53,026 bases of DNA from a bacterium (GCA_030640805.1 DAOWIS010000015.1:1-53026); one strand, 5' to 3'. Positions 19,210-27,848 are shown, numbered from the stretch's first letter. The notes: generated by a model from the sequence alone, not told the origin. Numbers and translations: made by a program.

Positions 19210-20250
19210 TTATCCTAACAGGGCAACTACTAATCCTAAAGCGGCCATTACGCCGGCGATTATCCAAAATCGCTCTACAACTTTTGTCTCTGACCATCCT
19301 TTAGCTTGAAAATGCTGATGAAAAGGAGTAGATAAAAATATTTTTTTATGAAAAATTTTTTTAGAAGTAACCTGAAGAATTACTGATAGAGATTCTAAAA
19401 CTAAAATAAATCCAATAAAAGGAAGAACAAGAGCAGTATTGGTTAGCATAGCGATAATTCCCAAAGTTACCCCTAAAGCCATTGCTCCGGTGTCTCCCAT
19501 AAAAAAGCGAGCTGGATGAATATTAAACCATAAAAATGCCAAAATAGCTCCGCTGGTTACTCCACAAAAAGCCGCTAAATCAGTTTTTCCTTGATATAAT
19601 GAAATGGCTGTATAGGCCATAAAAGCGATTAAAAGAATCCCTCCCGCTAAGCCGTCTAAACCATCTGCTTCATTTAGCGAAAATCCAGTAGCAATGATAA
19701 TAAACATAAAAATCAGAATATACCAAAGTCCTACATTGAAATCTCCCAGAAATGGAATATGAAAGAGATCCCAGTCCAATTTAAAGTAAAACCACCAAGC
19801 TCCGAAGGCGGCGATTGCGCTGTAAAGCAAAATTCGATGCCGCATTCTCAATCCTATTTCCTTGATTTTCGCTTTAAATATCCCTATTAAGTCATCAGCC
19901 AGTCCTATTAGAGCCGAAGCCACTAAAGCCGCTAAAGGAAGCCAGGTCTGAGATCTACTTAAAAAATTAAATTTTTCTAAGATTGTTCCTTGTTGCCATT
20001 GGGAGATTAGCCAAAATAAAAAAGCCACAATCAAAATGGTTCCCCAAATTAGAATTCCTCCCATTGTCGGAGTCCCCTCTTTTTCTTTATGGATTTCTGA
20101 AAAAATAGGAGCTGATTCTTTTTTTACCCTTTTTCTTAGACGATATTTATATAAAAAATGAGTTAAAATTGGTGTGCTAAAAAAGGCAATTCCAAAAGAA
20201 AAAGCAGCCAAAATTAAAATTCTAACGACTTCAAAAATATTATTATTCAT
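19210..20250 (-). CDS. mraY: Phospho-MurNAc-pentapeptide transferase
   Basis: GTPTMGG, GLADD, DGLDGL, FMGDTG, HQHF, WSETKVV.RFW. Confidence 0.95.
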   Translation of the reverse strand: MNNNIFEVVRILILAAFSFGIAFFSTPILTHFLYKYRLRKRVKKESAPIFSEIHKEKEGTPTMGGILIWGTILIVAFLFWLISQWQQGTILEKFNFLSRSQTWLPLAALVASALIGLADDLIGIFKAKIKEIGLRMRHRILLYSAIAAFGAWWFYFKLDWDLFHIPFLGDFNVGLWYILIFMFIIIATGFSLNEADGLDGLAGGILLIAFMAYTAISLYQGKTDLAAFCGVTSGAILAFLWFNIHPARFFMGDTGAMALGVTLGIIAMLTNTALVLPFIGFILVLESLSVILQVTSKKIFHKKIFLSTPFHQHFQAKGWSETKVVERFWIIAGVMAALGLVVALLG

Positions 20251-20253
20251 AAA

Positions 20254-21231
20254 CTATTTCCACAAATAAGCGGAATTTGACCAATTAATTAATTTCTCCA
20301 TTTCTTGAAATTTATTTTTTGCTCCAAGAATTATATTAATAACTTTTTCTTTATTAGGAGTTTCCATTACCAAAACCATACAATCTCCTGCTTCTTCAAT
20401 ATATCCAGTTTTTCCTCCTATTAGACCAGGGATTTTTTCTAAAAGTTTATTGGTGTTTATTAAATGGTGAGAAATTGTTCCATCCGAAGAATAAATATCT
20501 ATTGCTGGCGTTAGAAGAATTTCCCAGATTAGAGAAAAATCTTTAGAAGATAAAATATACTCGGTAATCTTGGCTAAATCGTAAGCAGAACTAATATTTT
20601 TATAATCTAAGCCAGTGGGTTCTGAAAAATAAGTATTTTTTAGTTCTAAATCTCTAATTTTTTTATTTATTAAATCTACGAAATTTTCCTTGCCGATTTT
20701 TTCAGATAAAGCAACGGCTGAGTCATTACTTGACTGCATTAACATGGCATATAGAAGATTTTTTACTGAAATTTTTTCGCCTATTACAAAATCTGGACCG
20801 TTCCCCTCAGTCATTATTGCTTCCCTGCTTATTTGTATTAAATCGTCTAAATTATAATTTTCCATTACAATGAGAGCAGTGATTAGTTTGGTTAAGCTGG
20901 CTATGGGTAGTTCCTCGGAAATATTATTTTGAAAAAGAATTTTTTCTGGATTGGAAATCAAAAGAGAAAGAGCGGCTCTGCTCTCAAGTTGGATTTGTTT
21001 GACCCCCCAGTTTCTAATAGGCAAAAAATCTACTGAATTAGACATTTCTAAAAAAATATTATCGGAGAGCGGCAATTTTGCATATAGCCTTGTTTCAAAC
21101 AAAGATTTTCTTGTATCCAATAAATTGAAGGTTAAATTTTCTTTATCATTATAAAGAAAATATCCAGTAATAATAATTATTAATATTAAAGCAATTAAAA
21201 AAGAAACTATAACTTTATCCATATTGAACAA
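20254..21231 (-). CDS. D-alanyl-D-alanine carboxypeptidase (peptidase S11)
   Basis: PIASLTKL (SxxK), SSN, KTG motifs; N-terminal TM. Confidence 0.9.
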   Translation of the reverse strand: MFNMDKVIVSFLIALILIIIITGYFLYNDKENLTFNLLDTRKSLFETRLYAKLPLSDNIFLEMSNSVDFLPIRNWGVKQIQLESRAALSLLISNPEKILFQNNISEELPIASLTKLITALIVMENYNLDDLIQISREAIMTEGNGPDFVIGEKISVKNLLYAMLMQSSNDSAVALSEKIGKENFVDLINKKIRDLELKNTYFSEPTGLDYKNISSAYDLAKITEYILSSKDFSLIWEILLTPAIDIYSSDGTISHHLINTNKLLEKIPGLIGGKTGYIEEAGDCMVLVMETPNKEKVINIILGAKNKFQEMEKLINWSNSAYLWK

Positions 21232-21249
21232 CTATTAAGGTTCAACCTC

Positions 21250-22752
21250 CTATGGAGGTTGAACCTCTTTATTTTTTTCTTGTTGTATTTTTATGTGTAA
21301 TTCTTCTAATTGTTCTTTAGTAATCTCTGAGGGCATATCCATCATTAAATCTCTTCCGTCGCCAGTTTTTGGAAAAGCAATTACCTCTCGGATATTCGGT
21401 TCGCCGCATAAAATAGCTAAAAATCTATCAATGCCTGGAGCAATCCCTCCATGTGGCGGAACACCGTATTGAAAGGCTTTAAATAAATGGCTAAACTTTT
21501 TTTTGGCTTCTTCTTTTTTATAACCCATTACTTCAAATACTGCTTCTAAGATTTCTGGCTTGTAGGTTCTTAGACTTCCTCCTCCAATTTCCCAGCCATT
21601 TAAAACAAAGTCGTATTGATGAGCCAAAATATTCTGGGGTTCTTTTTTTATTTTTTTAATGTTTTCAATCTGGGGTCGAGTAAAGGGATGGTGGCAAGCA
21701 TCCCACCGACCTTGCCCTGAGCCTGTCGAAGGGTTTTCCTTTTCCCTCCACTCAAACATTGGGAAATCTTTAACAAAAAGGAATGATAATTCATCAGGAT
21801 TTGACTTGTCTTTTCTTAAATCCGGTTTATCGGTTTTATATTTTTCCATAACCTCTTTATGGATCAGTCGTGGGAAAGGAATTTGAGTAATAAATTTTCG
21901 AGGAAATATGGTCTTGATAATATCAATATAAAGCCGTTCAATTAAATTTAAAATGTCTTCCTCTTCAATAAATGCCATCTCAATGTCAAGTTGGGTGAAT
22001 TCCATCTGCCTATCGGCTCTGGGATCTTCATCTCGAAAGCAACGAGCAATCTGGAAATATTTTTCAAATCCTGCCACCATCAGTAATTGCTTATATTGCT
22101 GAGGACTTTGAGGCAGGGCATAAAATTTTCCCGGATGGAGACGACTGGGTACTATAAAATCTCTTGCTCCCTCGGGAGTAGATTTAGTAAGAATAGGTGT
22201 TTCAATTTCGACAAATCCCTCATTTTCTAAAAATTTTCTAATGTGTTGGATGACCTTAAATCGGAGTTTCAAATTTTTTTTCATTTTTTCTCTTCTTAGA
22301 TCTAAATATCGGTAGCGCAACCTTATCTCTTCAGAAGTGGCAGTAATTATTTTTGGTTTTTTCACATCAGCTACTATTCTTTCTGCCTTAGGGATACGAA
22401 CAATGGCATCTTTTCTATTAATCTCAAAAGGAAGAGTTTTAGTTTCTGAATAAACTTTTAAATTTTCTGCTGAAATTTCAATTTGACCAGTTTTAATCTC
22501 TGAGTTTTCCATTCCTTTAGGTCTTTGAATAACTTTTCCCACTACCCCAATTACCCACTCTGGTCGTAATTTCTCAGCCAATTCATAAACACTCTTGTTG
22601 CTTGGATTAAATACTATTTGTACTAAACCAGATTCATCCCTTAAATCAATAAAAATAATTTTCCCGTGATCTCTCCGAGAATGAACCCAGCCACAGACCC
22701 TAACTAACTTGCCTGAATGTTTAATTGTTTCTTTAGATAGAATCCTTTTCAT
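21250..22752 (-). CDS. aspS: Aspartate--tRNA ligase (short form lacking GAD insertion)
   Basis: RDHG, RYRYLDLR, STPEGARDF, LPQSPQ, FRDED.RADRQ.EFTQLD, PPHGG. Confidence 0.95.
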   Translation of the reverse strand: MKRILSKETIKHSGKLVRVCGWVHSRRDHGKIIFIDLRDESGLVQIVFNPSNKSVYELAEKLRPEWVIGVVGKVIQRPKGMENSEIKTGQIEISAENLKVYSETKTLPFEINRKDAIVRIPKAERIVADVKKPKIITATSEEIRLRYRYLDLRREKMKKNLKLRFKVIQHIRKFLENEGFVEIETPILTKSTPEGARDFIVPSRLHPGKFYALPQSPQQYKQLLMVAGFEKYFQIARCFRDEDPRADRQMEFTQLDIEMAFIEEEDILNLIERLYIDIIKTIFPRKFITQIPFPRLIHKEVMEKYKTDKPDLRKDKSNPDELSFLFVKDFPMFEWREKENPSTGSGQGRWDACHHPFTRPQIENIKKIKKEPQNILAHQYDFVLNGWEIGGGSLRTYKPEILEAVFEVMGYKKEEAKKKFSHLFKAFQYGVPPHGGIAPGIDRFLAILCGEPNIREVIAFPKTGDGRDLMMDMPSEITKEQLEELHIKIQQEKNKEVQPP

Positions 22753-22755
22753 AAT

Positions 22756-23121
22756 TTACTTTTTCAAATACTTCTTTATTTCCTCCACTACTTCATCTGG
22801 AGTGTAGTTAGTTTTTAATAAATAACACTCTGCTCCTAATAATAAGGCCTCTTTTTCTATCTCTTCGGTATAAAGATTAGAGAAAATAATTATGGGAATT
22901 GATTTAGTTTTAGGGTTAGCTTTTAATATCTTTAAGGCAGAAATTCCATCTATCCCAGGAAGTAAAATATCTAGCAGGATTAAATCCGGCTTATCTTTTT
23001 TTACCAACTCAATTCCCTCTTCAGCATCTATTATTTTTATAACCCTAAAACCCTCCTGCTTTAATTTAATAGAGTACATATCGGATTGGATTTTCTCATC
23101 TTCAATTAACAAAATTTTCAT
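22756..23121 (-). CDS. Single-domain response regulator (CheY-like)
   Basis: LIEDE, DLILLDILLPGIDG, YLLK; ATG at 23121 preferred. Confidence 0.9.
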   Translation of the reverse strand: MKILLIEDEKIQSDMYSIKLKQEGFRVIKIIDAEEGIELVKKDKPDLILLDILLPGIDGISALKILKANPKTKSIPIIIFSNLYTEEIEKEALLLGAECYLLKTNYTPDEVVEEIKKYLKK

Positions 23122-23208
23122 AATAACGCGACACCAATCCACGAATAGCACACGAATGACACGAATAAATTGTTCGTTATTCGTATAAAATTTGTAGATT
23201 AGTATTGG

Positions 23209-24774
23209 TTAGATGGACAATTCAATATAAAATGTACTTCCTTTATCTTTCCCAGGACTTTCGGCCCAGATTTTTCCCTGATGGGCTTCAACAATCATTT
23301 TAGACAAATAAAGACCAAGTCCTATTCCTTCCGGACTAATCCGAGGAACTTCTTTTCCTCGGATAAATCTCCCAAAAATAATTGCTAACTCCTCTTTATC
23401 TATTCCTCTTCCCGTATCAGAAACAATAATTCTTACTTTCTTTACTTTCTTTACTATTTTTACCTTTATTTCTCCTTTATTAGTATATCTTATAGCATTA
23501 TCTATTACATTTAAAATCACTTGTTCAAATTTTTCTGGGTCAATCCTAACTTTAGGCAAAAGTATTTTCGGTTTTTTGTACAATAAAAAGAGATTGTTTT
23601 CTTGGGCTTCTAATTTTAATTCTTCTACTATTTCATTCACTAACTTATTTAAATCTACCATTTGAAAGTTATATTTCATTTTCCCGGCCCCCATTCTGGA
23701 AATATCTAAAAGGTCATTAACTAATTTTATCAATCTTTCATTAGAAGTATAAACCTTTTTCAAAACCTTTTCTGCCCTTGGTTTAATCTTCCCATAGGAT
23801 TCCTCCAAAAGCATGGAAATATATCCCTTAATAATTGAGAGAGGGCTTCTCAACTGATGCGAAGCAATAGAAATAAACTCGGTTTTGGCTTCGTCCAATT
23901 TTTTAAGGTCTTGATAAGCCACTTGGAGTTCTTCCCTTAGCTTAATTTCTTTTAAAGTACTTTTAATTAAAAGATAACCGAAAATAATAAAGGAAGTAAA
24001 AACACCAAGATTTAAAACTCTTAACCTAAAAGTTTCTGCTAAAAAAATCTGAATTAATAAAACCAAACCTATCAGTCCAACTAAAAGTTCAGTTAAAACA
24101 ACTCTTATATCAAACAGTTCCTTTTTAACAATAGCGTAAGCGGTAATCGCTACAAAAATAGCCCCAGAGATAAAAGAAAATGGATAAATACTAATTTTAT
24201 AAGCTGGAAGATAGGCAGTAGACCCAATAGTTATTAGAACAAAAAAGGCTAACAACATATAACGTGCTTGTTCCTTCTGCAATCCCTTAAACTTTTTATA
24301 TGCTTTATTGAAATTAATAAGGACGAGTAATAGATAGAAAGAAAAAAATATTAAAAAAATATGATGGAAAAACTGTGCTTGAGTATGAACCCCCCAGGGG
24401 TATTTAAATAAACCGCTCACAAAATAATCAGTTCTACTAATTACCAAAAAAATAAATGATAGAATATAACTTAAAATCAACAATTTCTTTCTGTTTATTT
24501 TTCTAAATTCTAAACTAAAGTGGTAAAAAAGTGATGGTACAAAAACTACACCGATATAAATAAAACGATCCCAGAAAATTGCTTTGGGGTCGTTATCTTT
24601 GCTCAAAAACATCATAAAAGTGCCAAAAAGCCAGATAGAAACAGATAAACACAATAAAGCAAAAATTACATTTAATTTTGATTTAGGCTTTTCGAAATAA
24701 ACAAAAATTCCAAGTCCAAAAACGAAAATAGCACTTATTAAAGGCGGGATTAAAGATAAAATTGAAATGGTCAT
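23209..24774 (-). CDS. Sensor histidine kinase with 7TM N-terminal region
   Basis: Multi-TM N-terminus; SHQLRSPL H-box, DNAIRY, DTGRG, GIGLGL, GKDKGSTF. Confidence 0.92.
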   Translation of the reverse strand: MTISILSLIPPLISAIFVFGLGIFVYFEKPKSKLNVIFALLCLSVSIWLFGTFMMFLSKDNDPKAIFWDRFIYIGVVFVPSLFYHFSLEFRKINRKKLLILSYILSFIFLVISRTDYFVSGLFKYPWGVHTQAQFFHHIFLIFFSFYLLLVLINFNKAYKKFKGLQKEQARYMLLAFFVLITIGSTAYLPAYKISIYPFSFISGAIFVAITAYAIVKKELFDIRVVLTELLVGLIGLVLLIQIFLAETFRLRVLNLGVFTSFIIFGYLLIKSTLKEIKLREELQVAYQDLKKLDEAKTEFISIASHQLRSPLSIIKGYISMLLEESYGKIKPRAEKVLKKVYTSNERLIKLVNDLLDISRMGAGKMKYNFQMVDLNKLVNEIVEELKLEAQENNLFLLYKKPKILLPKVRIDPEKFEQVILNVIDNAIRYTNKGEIKVKIVKKVKKVRIIVSDTGRGIDKEELAIIFGRFIRGKEVPRISPEGIGLGLYLSKMIVEAHQGKIWAESPGKDKGSTFYIELSI

Positions 24775-24887
24775 AACTGGAAATTAGCTCTCTTTTTGAT
24801 TTTAGCATTTTTTCCTAAAATAGCATAGATTTTTTAGATAATAAAAATGGGATTAGAATAAACTGATTTATAATATCCTAATCCCAT

Positions 24888-25937
24888 TTAGAAGACCATT
24901 TCCTTTATGGATTCTCTTAGGAAGGTATCCTCTGGTATAGCTTTTCCAAAGCAAGAAAGTGGGGCATGTGAAAAACCATACTTTCTTCCCCAAATCATCG
25001 TTTTTTCCATATGAGGAATTGCAATCTCCCCGACATAATCGCCTTGGTCATTCTCGAGGCATTGCATTATTGTCTCAGCCCAACAAGCAAAGGTAACTCC
25101 CTTAGGAACATCGGTTATTTGAACGCCTAAATCAATTCCAGGGATACTAACTAATGCACCGTCTATCTTTACTGCATTAGGCCGTTTTATTCTTAATTTC
25201 AGATAATTCTCATATGGGAGATTGGGAGGAACCGAAACTTCATAGATAACAACCCATGGATCAGATTTTAGATGATTCGAAGAGACAAGAGCATTGGAAT
25301 TGTTGGTTGCGGTAATAATTATATCAGCGTCTCTGATAGGGTTTAGAATGGTACCTACCTTAAGAGTAATACCCCTTTTACATAGGATATTGTTAATCAG
25401 ACGCTGAAGTTTTATCTTATTGGGGCCGATTAGAATTAATGAGCAACCCTTTTGAGATAACACTGTTGATAATACTTTTCCAATAAGTCCGTAAGCTCCA
25501 ATAATGGCAATGGTTAAATCTTCTAATCTCCGATTAATTTTTTCGGCAATCATTTCGATTCCCTTAATAGTAATACCGGCAGCGTAACTATCGCCGTGAG
25601 TCAGAGAAGCAGTTACTGATCCACAATCTACTAACCACTGACCTTTTCTGGTTACAGAAGAGGTTAATGAAGTAAGTCCAAATAATTCAATTCCCAATTG
25701 TTCCTCTCCGTAAATTATAGCATCTAAAATTCGTTTCCTGACTTCTCCATTATGCCTGAGATCCATGACTTCAGAACCAGTTAAACTCAAGACAATAATA
25801 TATCCTTTTGCTCTTCCAAAAACATCAAATTTACTCCATACCTTAAAAGGCGGTAGTTTTCCGTTTCGACATTCAGGAAATACCAGAGGAATGTCTCCTT
25901 TGTTTCTCAAATTTGAAATAATTCCGAACCTTCTCAC
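24888..25937 (-). CDS. Acyl-ACP reductase-like / predicted dehydrogenase (Rossmann fold)
   Basis: GLTSLTS, THGDSYAA, IIGAYGLIG, VSVPPN, FACWAET motifs; GTG start with AGGAG SD. Confidence 0.75.
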   Translation of the reverse strand: MRRFGIISNLRNKGDIPLVFPECRNGKLPPFKVWSKFDVFGRAKGYIIVLSLTGSEVMDLRHNGEVRKRILDAIIYGEEQLGIELFGLTSLTSSVTRKGQWLVDCGSVTASLTHGDSYAAGITIKGIEMIAEKINRRLEDLTIAIIGAYGLIGKVLSTVLSQKGCSLILIGPNKIKLQRLINNILCKRGITLKVGTILNPIRDADIIITATNNSNALVSSNHLKSDPWVVIYEVSVPPNLPYENYLKLRIKRPNAVKIDGALVSIPGIDLGVQITDVPKGVTFACWAETIMQCLENDQGDYVGEIAIPHMEKTMIWGRKYGFSHAPLSCFGKAIPEDTFLRESIKEMVF

Positions 25938-26053
25938 TTTTTAATCATCTCCTTTCTATATTTATTTAATTGTTAAAGTAACTAAATTATCAACATCTAC
26001 CTATATTTTAGCAAATTAAACAATCCAGTCAACTTAAAATGAAAGTGTAAATA

Positions 26054-26089
26054 AAAAAGCCCTATCATTTAAGCAAGATAGGGCTTTTT
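26054..26089 (-). terminator. Intrinsic terminator of the tas/array transcript
   Basis: AAAAAGCCCTATC-N10-GATAGGGCTTTTT. Confidence 0.85.
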
Positions 26090-26110
26090 AAGGAGATTCT
26101 GGGATTATGA

Positions 26111-26285
26111 GGCAAGGCCGTGTTGGCTTTTCGTATTAGCATGTTGGCCTTAAGGCAAGAAAGAAATGGCTTTTCGCAGTCGTCGGGTGGCCTTAAAGGG
26201 CAATCACGAGTTGGTTTTTCACATCTACAACATGGCCTTAAGGGCAAATACATGATGGTTTCTCACACGTTCCTCATGGCTTTAA
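26111..26285 (-). repeat. TIGR-like dual-spacer guide array, 4 units (8 x 9-nt spacers), starting at the tas stop codon
   Basis: Minus strand: GCCA-N9-TRYGARAARCCA-N9-TGCC(C/CT)TTAAG repeated with 43-45 nt period; all N9 differ. Confidence 0.9.
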
Positions 26286-27451
26286 CTCTTCTTTTTGTCT
26301 TTTGTTGCCTGTTCAAAAACCCACATAATTCTGGGGTTTCGGCTAATATCAGGATTCTCGCCCAGAAAATAAAGCCAGGTATGATAGAAGTCAGCCAAGA
26401 ACTTTTTGCCTATTTCTCGAAGGACTCGGCGCTCACGATGGCAGGGAGTAAGAAACCTATGGGGTTTTCCTCCATCGAGTGTCTTTTTACAGCAAAAGCC
26501 CAGAAAAACTTGGCCTCCATCTTCGTTTTTCTTATAGCCAAGATTGACAATATCGGTCTCCTCACAACCTTTTATCCGACATATCTCTGGTTTAGCCTCT
26601 TCAGCTTTTTTCTCTTCTTTTAGCTTAATATAACCGAAAAGTTGAGAATAAGGGCTGTTACGATGCCGGCTTTTTTGGTATCTCATGGCTTGAGGCAGAA
26701 GTTGGACCACAGCAATTTTTAAAAGAGGATCGTAGTTGAGTTTTTTTCCTCGAGAAGGGAATTCGGCCGTTCCATCTCCATTGACTCTTGTACCCGCATT
26801 ACCCCAGAGATTACTAGTGCCAGGAAAACGTCGGGGATCTCTGATAGAGGCAATAAAGAAACCAGCTAACCAGGGTCCACAACCAGGAATGTATTTTAAA
26901 TACATATTCCAGATTGGAAAAAACTTCACTTGGTCAGCAATCTCTTTTTCCAGAGATCTTTTGAGATTGGTGACATCGGCTACTTGACCCATCAGAAAAT
27001 CCAACCAGGAATCAAAACCTGATTCAGAAAATCTGCTTCCCGAAAGTGGATACAGGTCATCTAAGCGTCTACTGCGAGAGCGAAATCGGCCAGCATATCT
27101 TTGGGTCTCGATGGCTATTTGAATTCTTAGTCCGGCCAGTTCTCTTAGGATTTCTAAAGCCTGGGGTAAAGTAGATTCAGAGCCAACTTCTGTTTTAAGG
27201 AATGCTTTCCAGTGCTTTTGGAAATCTTCATCAGAGGAAGAACACCTCAGTTCTTTCTTTTCCGCGAACCTTCGCCAGTCCTCATCGCAAGGAAGACACA
27301 ACTGGGCTTGATTTTCAGAAGTAACCTTTCCTCCCCAGGCCTTTTTCCTTATCAAGACCCTTCCTAATTTCTGCTTGGTCTTACATCGAGGACAAATTTC
27401 TAACTGGGCTTCCAACTCATCTATAATTTTTTGAGTTTCAGAATTAATCAT
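26282..27451 (-). CDS. TIGR-associated Tas-like protein: degenerate HNH plus Nop/IS110-Tnp-fold domain (TasH-like)
   Basis: CPRC..GG..N...LCLPC; YLKYIPGCGPWLAG...I.DPRRF...SNLWGNAG; H..RR..R...KKFLADFYHTW; no DEDD RuvC; flanked by dual-spacer units; AGGAGGTG SD. Confidence 0.8.
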   Translation of the reverse strand: MINSETQKIIDELEAQLEICPRCKTKQKLGRVLIRKKAWGGKVTSENQAQLCLPCDEDWRRFAEKKELRCSSSDEDFQKHWKAFLKTEVGSESTLPQALEILRELAGLRIQIAIETQRYAGRFRSRSRRLDDLYPLSGSRFSESGFDSWLDFLMGQVADVTNLKRSLEKEIADQVKFFPIWNMYLKYIPGCGPWLAGFFIASIRDPRRFPGTSNLWGNAGTRVNGDGTAEFPSRGKKLNYDPLLKIAVVQLLPQAMRYQKSRHRNSPYSQLFGYIKLKEEKKAEEAKPEICRIKGCEETDIVNLGYKKNEDGGQVFLGFCCKKTLDGGKPHRFLTPCHRERRVLREIGKKFLADFYHTWLYFLGENPDISRNPRIMWVFEQATKDKKKS

Positions 27452-27470
27452 TTAATTCACCTCCTTTCCT

Positions 27471-27518
27471 TTAAGGCATATCTTTAATGGTTTCTCACAT
27501 TTGTATGGTGGCCTTAAA
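27471..27518 (-). repeat. Single TIGR-like unit in the 5' UTR of the tas gene
   Basis: TTTAAGGCCA-CCATACAAA-TGTGAGAAACCA-TTAAAGATA-TGCCTTAA directly before the SD. Confidence 0.88.
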
Positions 27519-27560
27519 TTTTCCAGAATCTCCTTATAAATTGTAAAGGTTCTTATTTAA

Positions 27561-27589
27561 AGAATAGCATAGTTAATAAATCTTGTCAA
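27561..27589 (-). promoter_or_regulatory. Sigma70-type promoter for unit-tas-array transcript
   Basis: TTGACA-17-TATTCT with extended TGn. Confidence 0.75.
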
Positions 27590-27595
27590 ATAGAA

Positions 27596-27619
27596 AGCCC
27601 TATTTTTTAAGATAGGGCT
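27596..27619 (-). terminator. Hairpin ending the stand-alone array transcript
   Basis: AGCCCTAT-N8-ATAGGGCT, same stem as terminator at 26054. Confidence 0.7.
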
Positions 27620-27640
27620 ATGAAGGGAGATTCAGAATTA

Positions 27641-27771
27641 GGCAACTTCTTAATGGTTTCTCACACCTTAACCTTGGCCTTAGAGCAAAGGGAAAATGGC
27701 TTTTCGCAGAAGTCTGTTGGCCTTAAAGGCAGAGACAAAATGGCTTCTCGCAGCTTCAGAGTGGCCTTAAA
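27641..27771 (-). repeat. Second TIGR-like dual-spacer array, 3 units (6 x 9-nt spacers)
   Basis: Same loop (TGYGARAARCCA) and edge repeats; spacer pairs CTCTGAAGC/TTTTGTCTC, ACAGACTTC/TTTTCCCTT, AGGTTAAGG/TTAAGAAGT. Confidence 0.9.
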
Positions 27772-27819
27772 TTTTCCAGAATCTCCCTAAATAAGTTTGT
27801 AAAAATGCTTCAATATTTT

Positions 27820-27848
27820 AATTTAACATTTATTATAAATTTTGTCAA
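27820..27848 (-). promoter_or_regulatory. Sigma70-type promoter for the stand-alone array
   Basis: TTGACA-17-TAAATT with extended TGn. Confidence 0.65.

Noticed and set aside
19154..19297. N-terminal extension of the 684-aa murD ORF
   Set aside because: Overlaps mraY in another frame and crosses a palindrome; plausible starts are 19153 and 18598
26065..26623. ORFs 26065..26253 (-) and 26120..26623 (+)
   Set aside because: They overlie the guide array or run antisense to tas; their repetitive peptides reflect the DNA repeats
26282..27451. IS110/IS1111 transposase with bridge RNA
   Set aside because: No N-terminal DEDD RuvC domain and no recognisable SG catalytic-serine loop; flanks are multi-unit 9+9 spacer arrays, not one bridge RNA
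26111..27771. CRISPR array
   Set aside because: Spacers are 9 nt with two alternating short repeats, and no cas genes are present
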